Positions 47,910 to 63,307 of a stretch of 64,000 nucleotides of DNA are shown here, in pieces. The translations under genes and the position numbers were made by a program. Below the pieces are notes generated by a model that did not search any database, was not told where the DNA came from, and saw nothing but the letters and a program-made list of their open reading frames with translations. Each line of letters begins with the position of its first letter. The first letter of the stretch is position 1. The DNA is from Asterias rubens. Lineage: Eukaryota. The DNA lies in the NCBI RefSeq assembly GCF_902459465.1, contig NC_047062.1, forward strand, positions 32,178,001-32,242,000, in the 5' to 3' direction.

Positions 47910-50889
47910 ATTACACCAGCATAGAGGGTGGTCTTTCGTAGACATCGTTGACAGTGAAGATAGCACCCTGGAAAAAAAATGCGAACACTCGATAGACTAA
48001 TATCACAACCAAAGTACTTTATATACTAATTTCCTCGAGTTTATTTGCTGATAATAAAAAGGTCGGTGGTCTAAAACGCTTGATAAATAAAGTATGATTA
48101 ATAACAAGATATGTGTTTTATAGTCTGGGAACTTTAAAAGAAAAACATTTTTGTTTACTGTCTAGAGTTGTCCTCGTACGTCTAGTTAAGGTGTTGTTTA
48201 GACAGGCTAGATAGACACGTGAGTGTATGTTACTGTACTAATATTGATCAGTTTGTCTGACCCTTAAAACGTATCAAACAACAAGGACTATATTGATGTT
48301 TTTGATAAGATAAGGGCTTCCGGGCTGACATTATTATTTCTGTCTGTGTTTTGTTTATTTATTTTATTTTAAATGAAATACACAGACGTCTGCTTTAAGA
48401 AAGAAAAAACTCTCAGGGTAGTTCGTTTGTTTGTTTGTTCGTTTTATTGTGGGTGATAAGAGTGTCTGTTTGTTTTGTAGTCTGCGTTTGGTTGAGTGGT
48501 ATTTTGATCTTGCTTATTTTGTTTTGTTTATTTATTTATTTATTTGTTATTATTTTTTCGAGGGGGATGGGGGATGTTTTCATGTTTTTGTTGGTGTGTT
48601 TTTTTAATTTATTTTTATTGAAGGTGATGGGCATCCCGTCAGCAGAATTGACACTAGGCTTCATCATAATAACAGTATTATCCTTATACTATTATCGGAT
48701 AGAAAACAAAAACATATATTAGGATTTGTAAAATGCATCTCTTAATTCATGAACCAAATAATATGCTTAACAAATGTACAAATAAAACGCACACGCGTTC
48801 ACATCATTATTATATTTGTCAGACCCTAAAAGGTTTTTTATACCTCAACCATTCTAGACTTCTGCATCCCGAATGGAGATTTAAAAAAAAAAACATAATT
48901 TGCATACACCGTTAATGACCAGAAGGCGACGTGATTGCATCGTGATGGCAAGCCGACAGCATAGGGAATAATTAGCAGCTGCTTACCTCAATTTTCAGTG
49001 AACCAATAGCCCTGGTTACTAAAATAAAGATTCAAGCATTTTGAAATTTGTAGATTTGTTTTCTTTTTGTAATGTGACTGAAACTCAACCGTTGGCTACG
49101 ATGGTCTTTGTTTTTAATTAACAATTTCTCAATAACATTAAATCATAAAATGTATAAACGGGTAAAAAACATAAATGGAGCTCATCAATTTGACGCAAAA
49201 AGGTTGACCTTTTTCGCATCATCTTCTAAAGATAACCACTGTGGCAAAACACAATTAATATCATATTAGATGATTCAACATTGTCAAACACTGCTACTTT
49301 CCTGGTACAGACAGAGATATTTCGAGAAAATACGGAATGTACAACAGGGGTAAAACATAATGGACTTCAGTTGGATCCTGTTATATTGACCTTTCCACAT
49401 CATCTTATAATACATGGTAACCACTGACAACCGCATGGCAAAAACTCAATTAATACCATCTATAGATGATTAACATGTTAAGAACAGTACTGCTATACTT
49501 ACCCTGTGATGACGTGATAAAAAGGATATTATCGAGAAAATATAAAACGTATACAGCTAAATCATAAATGTATTAACAGGAAAAATAGAGTTGAGTACAG
49601 CTGGATGCAGTATTGTTGACCCTTCCGCATCTTATAACGGTAACCACTGACAACCGCTATGGCAAAACCACAATAGTATCATCTATGTTATGATGATTAA
49701 TAAACACTGCTACTTACTGTCTTGTGGTGAAAAGGATATCCCGAGAAAAATTGGAATATGCAGTCAAAAACTTGATGCTGTGTATTTGATAATGATGCCT
49801 TGATCTTGAAGTGAGTGGAGGAGGTTGGCATATGGCTGCCTCGACGATGCGTGCTACCGTCACGCAGTGATCTTCACAGACAAAAGGGGGCAACAGACCT
49901 GCGCGCACCACCACCGTGCATATCTAATTAACATACAGGGAGTTATAAGCTGACCACGTTGGGTTCTTACACTTGGATTATGAAATTATAATTTTGTTCA
50001 CAGTCGAATGAAGATGTAATTATATTGGTGGGAGGTAAGATGGATGGAAGATCTACATTGAAATGTAGTCTTGAAGACAACCTGTCTGTCTGTCTGTCTG
50101 TCTGTCTAGCCTATTTCACTCCACTGCAGGAGCAAAGCCTCTTCACTCCATCTCGCTCTATCCTGCGCTGTCTGATGCCAAGCAAAACCCCCAGTATGTT
50201 CTTAGTTCAATCTCCTGCTTCACATCGACAGCCTTAGGATAAGGTAGACTTTGTGACAAGTCGTTAGGCGCTGCCTGTTTGTTACTAACTCACATTCTGC
50301 CGTTCATGCAACAGTCACGGTGCGATTACACACACAGACTGGAATCGAGTGTACCGTTCTCGTGACCGTCTACTGCGCTTAACAATAAAATTGCCGACTT
50401 GATTTAAAGACTAAGGACATGGGGGCATCGGTCTCGGGTATTCGGCACTCAGCTTTTCGATTGCCCCTTCGTCGTCAACCTGATCCCTATAGACCATGGG
50501 AACTCTGTTTACAATAAGTGTGACCTGGTACATTCTTTGGGTATTCTGGCAGGCAAGATACTACACTGGTCCTAGGGGAAAGTTAACATTTCTTTGTGTC
50601 ATAATTTCCGCATAAAACCAAGAGTTATGAAAGTAAAAGCTGGACAAGTTTTGAGATGTGCCCCTTTCATCATATCAAAAGTTGATATGAACAAGACATT
50701 GCAATCTCCATAAAATATAAGATTTTATGTTTTCTTCCATTGAGCTGTGTACCAATCGTGCCTGCAGGAGGTCCAGGTGGCTCTTTTGTAAACATGTGAT
50801 GTCACGTCACATCGCTATACTGGCCTTCACTTTGGCAGCAATTTTGTAGTAGGAGATCCCCCCCCCCCCCACCACACTTAGATTCTGTC

Positions 50890-51790
50890 CCTCATACGGT
50901 GAACTGTGAAGTCCAAACTTCTTCTGACAGCAGATGGCCAAATTTCTCTTTGCCATCAATGAGTACTTTTGGGGTAAGTTTATTATTTAAGATGGTATTA
51001 TTGCCCATCGGGTATAACAACAGAAGAAGAAGTATTGCTGTTTCGTTTCAGAGCTCAACTTTCCAAGTTCAACTTGCCATCCCTAAAGATTGCTGGAGTT
51101 GATGTCTCTATCCAGACTAGTCCTATCAGAAATCTTGGGGTCATGTTCGACTCTGGAATGACCATGTCTGCTCAGGTATCCAGTCTGCCAACTTCCATCT
51201 GGTCAACATAGGTGGAGTGCGAAAGCTGCTGACTGTCGAGACCACAAAGTTAGCTGTGCACACACTAAAACATCTAGACTGGACTACTGCAACAGTCTCT
51301 TGACTGGTATCAACAAGAACCTGGAAAGAAGGCTTCATAATGTTCAAAGGACTGCTGCAAGACTGATTCTAAGTGTACGCAAATACGACTCCATCAGTCT
51401 TCATCTATTCAACCTACATTGGCTTCCCATCACTCAAAGAATCTCCTTCAAAGTTATGATCCTGATGTATAAAGCGTACCATAAGCAAGCTCCTGGACAT
51501 ATCATGGACGTGCTCGAATTAAGATCTCAACAAAGACATCTTCTTTCAACTACCTTATGCTCCCTTTTTGCTGTGCCAAGAACTCGCTATTCTACTTTTG
51601 CAGAGAGATCATTCTCTGTATATGGCCCCAAAATGTGGAACACGCTTCCTACACAGATCAGAAATGGCAGCTCAATCACCTCATTCAAGACACTCCTTAA
51701 AGCTCACCTGTTCCAGCAGGCTTACTAACCGTTCAACTGTGCCTCAGCGCCTTAGAACAAACTCTTGATTTTGGCGCTCTACAAATGACC
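50890..51790 (+). mobile_element. L2/CR1-clade LINE 3' fragment (RT C-terminus and tail)
   Basis: Reads IRNLGVMFDS...RLHNVQRTAARLILSVRKYDSISLHLFNLHWLPITQRISFK...RSFSVYGPKMWNTLP...FKTLLKAHLF, with frameshifts upstream. Confidence 0.88.
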
Positions 51791-53139
51791 TTTTAAAAAA
51801 AAATTTTTTTAAACACCCAGACTACAGTAAAACACATTTTAAGCCATCAAGATTAAGAGTTTGATTTTATCCTGGCAAGAATGACATTAGTTAGCCCTTG
51901 GCTAAGAGTGTATGGAAAGTCCTGTTTTGAGAAATGTTGCCAGGAAAGGAATTATAAATCTGCCATCCACTATGCTATTCGGCTTGGTAGGTAGAGACAT
52001 TTCGGAAGTTGACTTGTGGGCAGGGTACTTTGTTTATCTTCTCGAACTCAATGCATCATGCAGTTTAATTATAGCTTAACTCGTCGATTCGAATTGAATT
52101 CCAATATCAGTTGGTGCTAAAGTCCGCTACATAAGTTTTGTACTACTTTTTGTGGCACTAACTAGGCTGGTTTATCTGCAACAGCGCCCTCTTGTGGTTC
52201 GTGTATTACCCAGTATTACTTTTTTCTTAACCCCCCACCCCATTTCTACACCACAACACCGGGCCCTTCATTTGGGAGTTACTGCTTGCAGTTATAGCTA
52301 GATAGCCATGAGACCTTACTGACACTTGGCTCCAAAGCCTGTGTTGAATTTCAAAATTAGAAGCCCCATCCCCCTATATAAATTAATGTGGGTAGCCTTA
52401 ATTGAGTGACTCGATTTTTTAAATTTTAGACTGTCAGTGTACCATGAGTGATTTTTTTAAAATTGTGACACCACTCTTTGCTCAGCATTACCCCCTCCCC
52501 CTATTTCTGTTAATCTCAGAAACAATATTTCAGTGGGTTGGGAATTACTTGTACAAGAGGAAAAAGTGGAAAAGGGTGTGATACAGGAAGGGAACATTGT
52601 TTGTCTGTTTGTATGTTGTTGTTGTTGTTCTTATTGTTTAGTATTGACATTATTTTTTTGTTTACTCTAATATTGGGGGGGGGGGTGCCCAATTATAGTC
52701 TGCTCCGACAAATCGGTCGTTCAGGTCATGTGGAATGTTATCTCTTAGCTATGGGTGAGTATGTGTCTATCTTCGTCGTCTACGGCTTTGGCTATGTCAT
52801 AGTTTAAAAATTAGAATTAAAAACCTCACCCGCAAAAATAAGTATGGATGGCAATGAACTTTATGCCCAATATTGGGCCCCGTTTTTTCTCTTCTCTTTT
52901 TTTTCGGGGGGGGGGGGGGTGGTTGTTTTCTCCGCGTAGTTAATTGTTTATACGAAGTGTCATGATGTCATCATAAAAGTTCGCACAGTACCACACTCTG
53001 ACGAGGAAGAAGGAAATTAAAAAATGTCCAAATACTACAAAAGGGAGTTGTCCATCCCTTCATTTACAACACGTACACTAAAAAGCGCACCAGCTTAAAC
53101 CTGCCCTTTCCGATCCAATAATAATTTCAGGTCCTTAAA

Positions 53140-53230
53140 ATAGAACATGACGTAATGCCCACTATCCATATCACGTGATTAATTTGAGCCAATCGCGACG
53201 TCTGAGAGAATAACAACAGCCAATAGAAAA
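53140..53230 (+). promoter_or_regulatory. Candidate PPM1 core promoter
   Basis: Clustered TGACGTAA (CRE-like), TCACGTGA (E-box) and two CCAAT boxes 31 bp apart (53189, 53220). A possible non-coding exon donor is at 53320, with the acceptor at 56406 before the ATG. Confidence 0.4.
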
Positions 53231-54089
53231 CGGTTTTAGGCAGTTGTACATCGAAACGATCGTTTCATGTCGTTTTTTATGTGTAGATTTGTGTTCGACG
53301 GTCCCGACCTACAAGCTTGGTAATTATTACACATTTTTGTCATAAGTGTCATTCAATTGTTGGGGGGAAAACACGTGCATGATGATGACTACCTAGTCAT
53401 ACAAGGAGTTGGATTTGTTTAGCTTTATTACCTGTATTAGTTATATTTTCGGTTGCACGAATAAGCCATTTTTACAGATGTAGCGTAAGAACTGGGGAAA
53501 ATCATAGCGTTAGACCATGGGTGCCAATCAATGCGTTTTTGTGCATGCAGTGCATGGCATTTTATCCAGCAAAAATGCATTTTCTGGTCAAGCCGAGCTA
53601 TTTAGGGACCAGCCGAGGTGTTAAAATCGTACTGTCTTCCTGGGGCTACATAACATTTTAACAATGTCTGGTCATTTGTTAGATTATTAACTCCCTCCTT
53701 GTCCAAACTACTCGATTCAAAACGCCCCTCTAAAAATAAAATCTAGCCTCTCTATGCAAAAATGCACTCGAATTCCCATCGATTCAAAAACTCAACTAAC
53801 ACCGTTTTATGTTACCAGTCATTGAGTCAAACTCCTCAGCTCAATCAAGAAGTAAGGTGAAACTTCTCTTTCATTAAAAAAACCCCATTGCTTTATTGTT
53901 TATCCTTTTCTTATTTCAAAAATAAAATTTATAAAATAGTATTTTTCAAAGGAAAAACTGAAATGATTGAAAGGGCATAAATGAAGAGTGGTTTTAAAAA
54001 TGTTGTATTACTATAACTATTGTTGCCCCCCTCCCCCTTCACCTCTCGGTCTGTGTGGTCTCTGGTTAGTTGCGATAAAGGATAACTTT

Positions 54090-54212
54090 CTGTATGGCGC
54101 CACCACTTTTTCACTCGTATATTTACAAAAAGGGATATCTCATTGAGGTAAATTAGATAGGGCCTACTGTATTATTTCATGTCGAATGAAAAAGTGGTGG
54201 CGCCATACGGAA
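54090..54212. mobile_element. Small MITE; degenerate relative at about 47625-47735
   Basis: Terminal inverted repeats tatggcgccaccactttttca...tgaaaaagtggtggcgccata. Confidence 0.7.
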
Positions 54213-56625
54213 ACTTTTCCGTGATCACTAACCCTCCTCCCAAGGGCTGTAGGCCGGAGGTGTATGGCCCTCAGCTCAGGAGGAGGGTTACGTTCTTCTT
54301 GCAACTAGACCCTGGTTTGAATCGAATCCCACCTCAGAGTCAGACAGGAGTCTTGCATGTGGACTGGGTTTTCAGTTCCTACCCGATTGCATGGATTTCC
54401 CCCATTGGGGGTTTTACCTTCCTAATGTAATATTAATAATATAACATCCTGTTATTGATGCTTGCGCTGTAGGGTTGGACATGTTGGATGTGCAACAAAA
54501 TAAATGTCACAAAATAAGAGTTTTACTTAAGTTTTGTTTGAAAAAGTGTGTTTTAAACTGACATTCAACTCAAAATGACCTCGTCCTGTTTTTCTAGCAT
54601 GCGAATCATCCTTCCCATCAGGTCATTGGATGCATCTCTACTAGCGCAACAGTTTTTGCTAAAATAAAGCAACAAATTATGATGCTGTGAACACATTTTA
54701 TGGAATTTTCCCCCAAAATGTTTGTTGGATACTAAAAAAGGCCTTGATAGATAGTGAGATTTTAAGTTGAATGCTTTAAAATTGTGTAAATCAAGTTCAC
54801 AAGAAACTGAACCATAAAGAAAATGCTGCAACCGAAAAAACATATACATAAGTAGCATTTGAGAAAGAACTGGGCTTGAGAAAGAACCCTGCTGTGGCCA
54901 AAGCATTTTAGGCCATTACCAGGTTTCTTGACAACAACAATTAATTGTTTTTCACACAAACTTTGTTGTTGAAATAATGTGCTAGTGACAACTATTATTA
55001 TTAAATGTTCTTTCTTGTGGTCAGTGTCTAAAATGTCTAGACTGAAAAAAGCAATCCTGTATATTGTACATTGTAAATGAAATCAGACTCAGTTCCTTTA
55101 CACTTAAAATCAATTGACATCAAAGGAAAAACAAGTTTTGTTAACAGCCCTGCTGGATAAGTATCCATTTATAGCCCCTGGGTTCTAGTGCAAAGAGTGA
55201 CAGAAGACTAATCATGTGGGCAGTGTCATAGACAAATTCAACTTTGTATCCCACTCAAACGCAATATCTTTGTTTGTTTTTGTAAGGTACGTTTAAACCC
55301 AAGCCAAGAGACTATCAAACTAAACAGACAACACCCTGGATTATTTGCACCTTGAGGTTTAAAAGGGACTTGGGTTTCGTTTTTTATCTGTAATATTTGA
55401 TTACTCATTGTTCGCGTGGTGAAGCTTGAATTTTGGATAATAGTTGTGATAAACAATTATTTTGATATAAGGGGGCCATTCAGATTTCAGAATAGATACA
55501 CCTGTACATACTTATGGTACAGTTGATGTTCAAGACAATGGGCACTTTTGGTAATATTGTCAAAGACTAGTCTCTTCACTTGGTGAATCTCAACATATAT
55601 ACATAAAATAACAAACTTAACTTTTGAAAATTTGAGCTCAATTGGTCGTCGAAGTTGCGAGATTATGAAAGAACAAAACACCCTTTCACAAAGTTATGTG
55701 CCTTTAGATGCTTGATTTCTCTTGAAATCAAATTTGTGGAAAATTACTTCTTTCTCGAAAACTATGTTATTGTAAATTGTACTTCAGAAGAAGCCGTTTC
55801 TCACAATGTTTTACACTCGACAGCTCCCCATTACTCGTTACCAAGTAAGGTTTTATGCTATTCAATTATTTTGAGTAATGTACTAACAGACTAAGGAATT
55901 TTTTTTTTCAAAATTGTTTTGACCCACTAATGTGACCCACCTCAAATTCATTATTGAAAAGTCCTGCGTTGGGAGAAGTTAACAATCATATTTTAAATAT
56001 TTAGATAATATTTAAAATTCAAAGTTTTTAAGTGGGTGGGTTGGGTGAATCAAATTGTTTTTGGACATTGATCATTGATTGTCATATTAAATTTTGTTAT
56101 TTTGGAGGCCTGGAATGTCAAGGAGGTCATGGCCTTTGTTGCCCCTGGTCTTGGCCTTGGTGCCCTTTAAAAACTTTCCCAGAGTCTTGAAGATTTTCCA
56201 ATGGATGTGCCCTTTGCAAAATGTCCTTGCCCTCTCAAAGATAAAATTCCATGCCTGATTTTGATTGTAAAGTGCGACCTTGTGCGACCTTGTGCAGCCT
56301 CTTACAATAGGAAATGACGTAAGATCAGTGTGTGAGATCTTCATTTGTATATAAGCAGTGGCATTATTCTGTTTTTAATTGTTTGATATTGTTCTTCCTG
56401 TTGCAGATCAATGTGTGAACGTTTAAGACCAATGACCTCATCTGGCGTGGAGTGTTAAAGTGTATTAGAAATCACGTAAAGTGTGAGTAATGGATTCTGC
56501 ATCAGTTTGGTCACAATGAATACGTCGTGGCTCTAAAAACTCACCACGGATTGCTTCAGTGGTTGTGGAGACGAGATTGATGCTGTAGAAACAGTTAGAG
56601 TAAGATTAAAGGAGAAGGTGTAAGC

Positions 56626-59600
56626 ATGGGGGCATTCCTAGACAAGCCCAAGATGGAGAAGGAGAACGAAGTAGGATGCGGAAACGGATTAAGATTTGCT
56701 CTGTGTAGCATGCAAGGCTGGCGGGTCGAGATGGAAGACGCACACACAGCCGTCATAGGTTTGCCTTTCGGCCTCAAAGACTGGTCTTTCTTCGCCGTCT
56801 ACGACGGTCATGCGGGTTCTAAAGTTGCTAAGTATTGCGCCAAAAACTTACTGGAGGAGGTTACTTCGAATAAGGACTTCAAAGGGAACGAAAAACCCGG
56901 CCCGAACTTTCAACCGACCGACGAGAGTGTGAAAACAGGATTGCGGACTGGCTTTCTCAGTATTGATAAGAAGATGCGCGATATCTTGGCGCGGGATAAC
57001 GACAAGAGCGGGTCGACGGCTGTTGGCGCGATGTTGTCGCCGAAAAGTATTTTCTTTGCAAATTGTGGGGATTCTCGCGCCGTCTTAAGTCGCGCCGGTG
57101 GAGTGTGCTTCTCAACAGAGGATCATAAACCGAGCAAGCAGAATGAGAAGAATCGTATCGAGAAGGCTGGTGGAACTGTCATGATCCAGCGAGTCAATGG
57201 ATCGTTGGCCGTATCGAGGGCCCTAGGAGACTTTGAATATAAAAATAACGTAGGAATGGGCTCGACGGAGCAACTTGTGTCCCCCGAGCCGGATGTGAAG
57301 GCGATACAGCGGAGTAGGGATGATGAATTTATTGTGCTAGCTTGCGACGGGATCTGGGATGTGATGAGCAACGAGGAAGTCTGTAACTTTGTGCGGTCAC
57401 GTCTTGAACTGACGGATAACCTGAAGGAAGTCTGCAACATGGTGGTGGACACGTGTCTATGCAAGGTTGGTATTCCAGAAGGGTAGAGTTTTATGCTGCA
57501 CTTAATGTTAAATTTGTAGTCATACAGATTGGTAAATAATAATAATAATAATATAATATAATATCAAAGTCTTAGGCGTACATACATGTAGGGCACGTAC
57601 ATGTACGTATACTAAACAAGGTACACAAGGCGCCAAGTATATATATACACAAACTTTCAGAAAGATAGTTTTTTTATTTAAGTGATGAATTCTGAGAACC
57701 AATTATTTAGCACCTTATAGGGTTTACAAGGTTCTAGGGCGCATACAGCAGCCACAGCCAGGAACACCAGGGTGAACCCAGCTTCTCTTTACGATAAGTG
57801 CACTGGGTTCTTTTACATGTGTTACACAACACATGGGACCAACGGCTTTACGTCTCATCCAAAGGACAAAGCAGTGGTAGTGCCTTGCTTAAGGACAGAA
57901 GTGTCGCGGCTGGGGATTTGAACCCACACTCTGCTGATCAGAAACACCAGAGTTTTAATTCGGTGCTCTTAACTGCTCAGCCATGATAAAGAACTGACCA
58001 GCAATGAATGAGAAGCACTGCAGCTACTGATAGTTTAAGCAGAGTTTGTCCTGAACTTTTTTAGTGGACTACATTGTAGCCAGCAGGAACAGTTATTTTC
58101 TCGATTTCACTGGTCCGTCATTCTACTGAAAGTTTGGCCTTCATAAATCAGCATTTTGTTGACAAAAAAACAACTCATGATCCTACTTTTGAGAATAGTA
58201 GGATCATGAATTGTTTTTTGTCAACGAAATGCTGATTTATGGAATAGATTCTTAGAATCTATCAATTTAACACCATACAAAATATACCAGCAGAAAGCTA
58301 GTCATTAAACAGCGGCAAGTGTTTTATCTTAGTTTGATTGTACAGTGTAGATTTTGTCATGATACTCAAATACATTGGCCTGTATCTTGCTACTAATGAC
58401 GATGTTTTCACTTTTGTTTCTGGAATGTGTTAATATTTATTTTAAAAATATAAAACAAATATTAAATAAAAAAGCTGTTTAGGGAAGGGTACATAATTGA
58501 TTATACTTACTCTGTGTTTATCTTGGTTCTAAAAGCTCGACTGTACATTCTGGAGCATTTTATCTTGATGTTTTCTGTGAATTTGTTTTGTGTTTGGCTG
58601 AAATTTGAGCATATCAGCACTCCGATCGGGTATCAGCCTGATAGGCTAGCTTGTGCATGGGGAGAGCCCCGGTTATTTTGCATATTATCCAGCAATGAAT
58701 GTGACTCTGATAAACATGACTCTGTTCATTTTGTCCTCAGGGAAGCCGCGATAACATGAGCATCATTATCATCACATTTGAGAATGCGCCTAAGATTAGC
58801 GAGGACGCCATGGCCAAGGAAGCGGAGTTAGACAAAACCCTGGAAGCTAAAACCAAAGGTAGGATTTTAGAGGAATCAAATTTCTCTGTAACGTGTACCA
58901 GGCCTAGAATTTCATCTTTGAAAGGGCAAGGCCATTTTCATTTTGAAAAAGGGCACTTCTATCGGAAAATCTTAAAGGCTATGGCAGGCCTGGAATAACA
59001 CGCAGGCCATAGAGGCTATGGGCTTGGTTGCCCCTGGTCTTGGCCTTGGTGCCCTTTAAACTGTTAAAAGTTTCCCATTGATTTTCCAATGAGAAGGGCC
59101 TTGCCCTTTCAACATGTTCAACAATGAAATTTCAGGCCTTCTATGGGAACCTTTTGGAGGGGCACCAAGGCCAAGATCAGGGCAAGAGGCCATGGCTGCC
59201 GTGGCCACGTGTAATTCTAGGTCTGGTGTACTTTAATTTGATCAGATTGCGAGCCATGCATGGCAGGAGAAAAAAACTAATGTAATAGTAGGCTGGTACA
59301 AACATGTGTTTGTAATCTTATTGCGATCTATGTGTATAAGAGGTGAGGTGAAGTCATTGTGACAGTTATAGGTCTATGCTGTTCAGATGCCTTGAGGGAG
59401 TATGTTTGATCGGTCATTATCAAGCACCATATCTTGATCGCGGAACCTCTATTAGATACTTGTAGTGTGTGATGTACTTGGTTCTTTCATCAGGGCCCGA
59501 TTTCATGAAGCTGGTAAGCAGAAAAAGTTTGCTTGACAAATTTCTTTGCTAAGCAAAACATGAGTGGGGCACCAGCTAAACAATATAAACTTGATTGAAT

Positions 59601-62600
59601 TTTGGCTGGGACCAAGTTCTGCTAAGCAATTTTCATCTGTGCTTAGCACATTTTTGTGCCTACAGGCTTTATGATGGCCCAATTTCATGGCTATACATGT
59701 ATGCTTACCATTGGGCAAAGAATCTACAGTATCTGCCTCAATTTAATAGCTTTCTGCAAGTAAAGTGCTAGTTCAGCACATTCCATTGCATGCGCATCAA
59801 TTCCTTGGACAGAATCGCAGAAAAAACATTGAGGCGTTGACAATTCATGTTGCAGCACCTGATCTGAATGGGATTTTAATCACACTGTGCACTCCCATGA
59901 TGCCATGTCACAATAAAGTTGACACTGTATCAATATCTCTTGCCTGCATAGCACATGTCGGGTGTGAAAGGGGTCAAGTGTACTTTTGTCCATTACCAAC
60001 TTCCTGTAGCAAGTTGTATCTTCCACTTGGATTGAGTATAGACCGATCCAGTAGGCTCCGCCCATGACGCACGTGTGAGCAAGAACATGTGGGGCTCTCC
60101 AATGCCTTTCTGCACAACTCTGCCGCGTGCGCCAAGCATACGCGCACGCATGTCGGACCTTAGTGTCGGACCTTCGTTGCGTTGTGATTGGTCAATACGC
60201 AATGGGGCAGAGCTTAATGGATCGGTCTATTTGCAAGCCATGTCTGATACTTCACGGATTCAAAAAAGGCGATTGCCTTTATGCCCCCTGGTCATTGCCT
60301 AAAGTGCCCTTGAAATGCTCTGTAGAAATGACAATTTCCTCATAGGGTGCCATAAGAGAAAATGCCTTGGTGCCACCTGCCCTTTCAAAAACAAAGCATA
60401 CAGGCCTGCAAGCGATCTCTGTTGAGCGCCCTCTAAAGTTTCAGATAGGGACAGTTTGGCTGGTGTCCATCCAAACGTGACTAATCTTACAGTGAATGTT
60501 GTGTAAGGTTGCGAGAAGATGATGGGGTGTTGTGGGAATGATGGAGTGTGGATTGCCTTTGGTGAATGAATGCATGAGGGTTTTCATTGATGTTGATCAG
60601 CTGATACATGTAGCTGTAGTCTATGGGGCCCGTATTGGGTTTGAAAATTCTGCTTAATGGTCATGTGTTCATGTTTTCATGAGAAATTCTTTGAGGTTTT
60701 GCAAAATATTTGCGATGTTTGATAGTACAACTAGCCCCAACTACATGGAAGTTACTAATAACTTGCAGAGAAACATCTTTATACATTGTACTTGCAAACT
60801 TGTTCCCAGTGGTGTACGATCTCGCCGCACTTTTTTTCCGGATTACCTTGCTCGATCATTACCCCATGGAAGTGTGGCTTTATATATCCAAATACACATT
60901 TGATATTTGATTAAGTCATGTTGTTGACTAATTCTGTGTTACATGTATACGGTACGCTGCCCATGAGGCAAGGTTTCTGTAAAACCAAATGAATTTGTTT
61001 AATGTTTAAGGGCGAGTGTAGGCCGTGAACTTGGCTCTTGAAGGAGCAGGCCTGTTTGAGGAAAATGTAAGTTGGTAGTAAAAAATAAAACTTTGCAAAG
61101 GGCACCACACCAAAATCCCAGGGAACCACTGCAAAAGACCTTTATCATGCTACCTCCATCTTGGTCATGTTCCTCGTATTAAGTAACAATAATGAATGCT
61201 TATATTCATCTTGCAATTAGGAACCAGACTAGTTTGTTCTTCCAGCCTCGGTTTGGTAACATTGATATCAATGGCAGAAATTCAAGATGGCTGCATCGTG
61301 AAAAAGGTTTATTGCTGTGGGTTATTTTGAGTCCTTGGAGTGGATAACGTAAAATTGGTAAAATGGAATAATTTGACTGATAATTTTTTATTTTGTTTGT
61401 GAACTATATTTATAGAGATAATGGATAGTTTTGGTGAGCGAGTGGGCATTGATCTGGTCATGCATGTAATGACAACCACTGAGATTGAAGGTTTACCACC
61501 CGGTGGAGGAATACAAGCAAAGTAAGTGCATGTTCTTTTGGTTATCTTACATTGTAAATCAACCAAGTAATGAAAGCAACTCTTAACCCTCCTACTGTTT
61601 GACCATTCAATATCATCCACTGTGGTTTTGAAGTAAAGATGCCAATTGTCAGCCTTGCTGTTCTCGACCTGTGGGTTTTGATCCCCCTCCTAAAATTTCA
61701 GTCCACCCTACTAAAGAAATCGGTCGCTTATTTTAATTTAAACTACATGTACATTTTATGTAAACTGACCGCCGTGCTAAATTGATTAACTAAAAAATAT
61801 CGCAACTCTGATCCCTTCGTGTTAAATGTGTCTTGCCTTTAGCAGGCAAAGTAGCGCGGTAACAAAAACTACCAGCCTGTAATTTATCGGAATGATATGA
61901 GTGCTGTTGTGTGTCGCATGCAATCGTGATCGGTGTTTCTCGACAGTTTCGAGCGAAGATTTTTACAGTTCATCTGAGCTGAACAATGTGTTGCGTGTTT
62001 GGACGATCGGTCAGTTAATTCTGATATGGTCACAGGCTTAGTTGTGTCTCCATACACCACATGAGCACCACATGTGCACAGGCCTGAAATATTTCAAACT
62101 TATTGGTCACCTTTCTTGAAATATTACCAGTGGGCCTGATACTCTTTGGAGGCAACAGAGGCAGTTGCCTCCATTGCCTTTGTGCCCCTTCAATTGCTCA
62201 AATAGAAATTTAAAATGTCCTCATACATGTATTATGTAGAGGTGCTCTTTACCAAAAAGAACCTTAGTGCCCGTGCCCTTTCAAAAACAAGGCATTAGGC
62301 CTATACTAGGAGGGTCAAAGTGTATTAACTTTAATTTGAAAATATTTAGTTTGATCTTTTGGTCATTTTCTCTCTTTCCCTTTACAAGGGTTGTACATTT
62401 AAGAAAATCAAAAGACATGCACTGACCTGGCCCCAATTTCATAGAACTGCCTTAGAAGCAGAAATATTGCTTATATTCAGTAGTCCTAATGGATGAATTG
62501 CTATAAATCAATGATCGAGTTCGGTCAGTGTGTTCTTGGCTGCTGAAGAACACGCAGAATTGTTGTGCAATCTTCTCACTCGAATGATGATGATGATAAC

Positions 62601-63187
62601 GCATTTTGGTTGTTCTCGACTGATCCCTGCTGAAAGGTAGTTTGTGATCTTGTTCTGAGTGTATTGTCCTCATCCTTTGGGCGTGGGAACAGCGCACTCG
62701 GCCAGAGCACACTGCCCAAACACGGCCAATAAGTGTTAGTGTGTAAAAGTTACAGCAATACCAAGAGTAATCCATTATAGCCTAATCCACTGGTGGTTTG
62801 TCTCAACAGGAAATCTACCATTGAATCCATCGTCAACAGATTAAATTCAGATCAGAAACAAGATGAGGTAAGTCGATAGTATTAACCTAAATATTTATTA
62901 AGCACGGACGTTAACAATTTTTCTTTCAGTAAGCATTTTGTACTTGGCTTAGTATGAAGTTATGCATCTCAAATAACTTGCTTACATGTACATTGCATTG
63001 ATCCGGAAAACAATAATAGAGTACTTTGATAACAGGTTAAAAAACTAAATTGTACAATTTTTTGGCAACAAGTACCTCACCAGATATATATCTATTAGAA
63101 CAAGATTATGCTATGTATATTTTGTGTTTAAATAAAGTGTTTGCTTTGAAAAATCAAAAAATGCCATCAATCAATCTATCAAACAAA

Positions 63188-63237
<50 letters not shown>

Positions 63238-63307
63238 ATCAATAATGTTGTTTTTATGATGGTTGGTTTTCAATGAGTTTCCTACTTCTCAACAGAGATG
63301 CGGCTAG
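56626..63307 (+). CDS. PPM1A/B: Protein phosphatase 1A/1B (PP2C alpha/beta) ortholog
   Basis: Exons 56626-57465, 58741-58858, 61416-61521, 62810-62867 and a tentative terminal exon 63296-63307 (RCG*). Motifs: [77 protein letters not shown]. The last exon is uncertain. Confidence 0.92.
63168..63245 (+). repeat. (TCAA)n microsatellite
   Basis: Run of atcaatcaatcaatc.... Confidence 0.9.
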
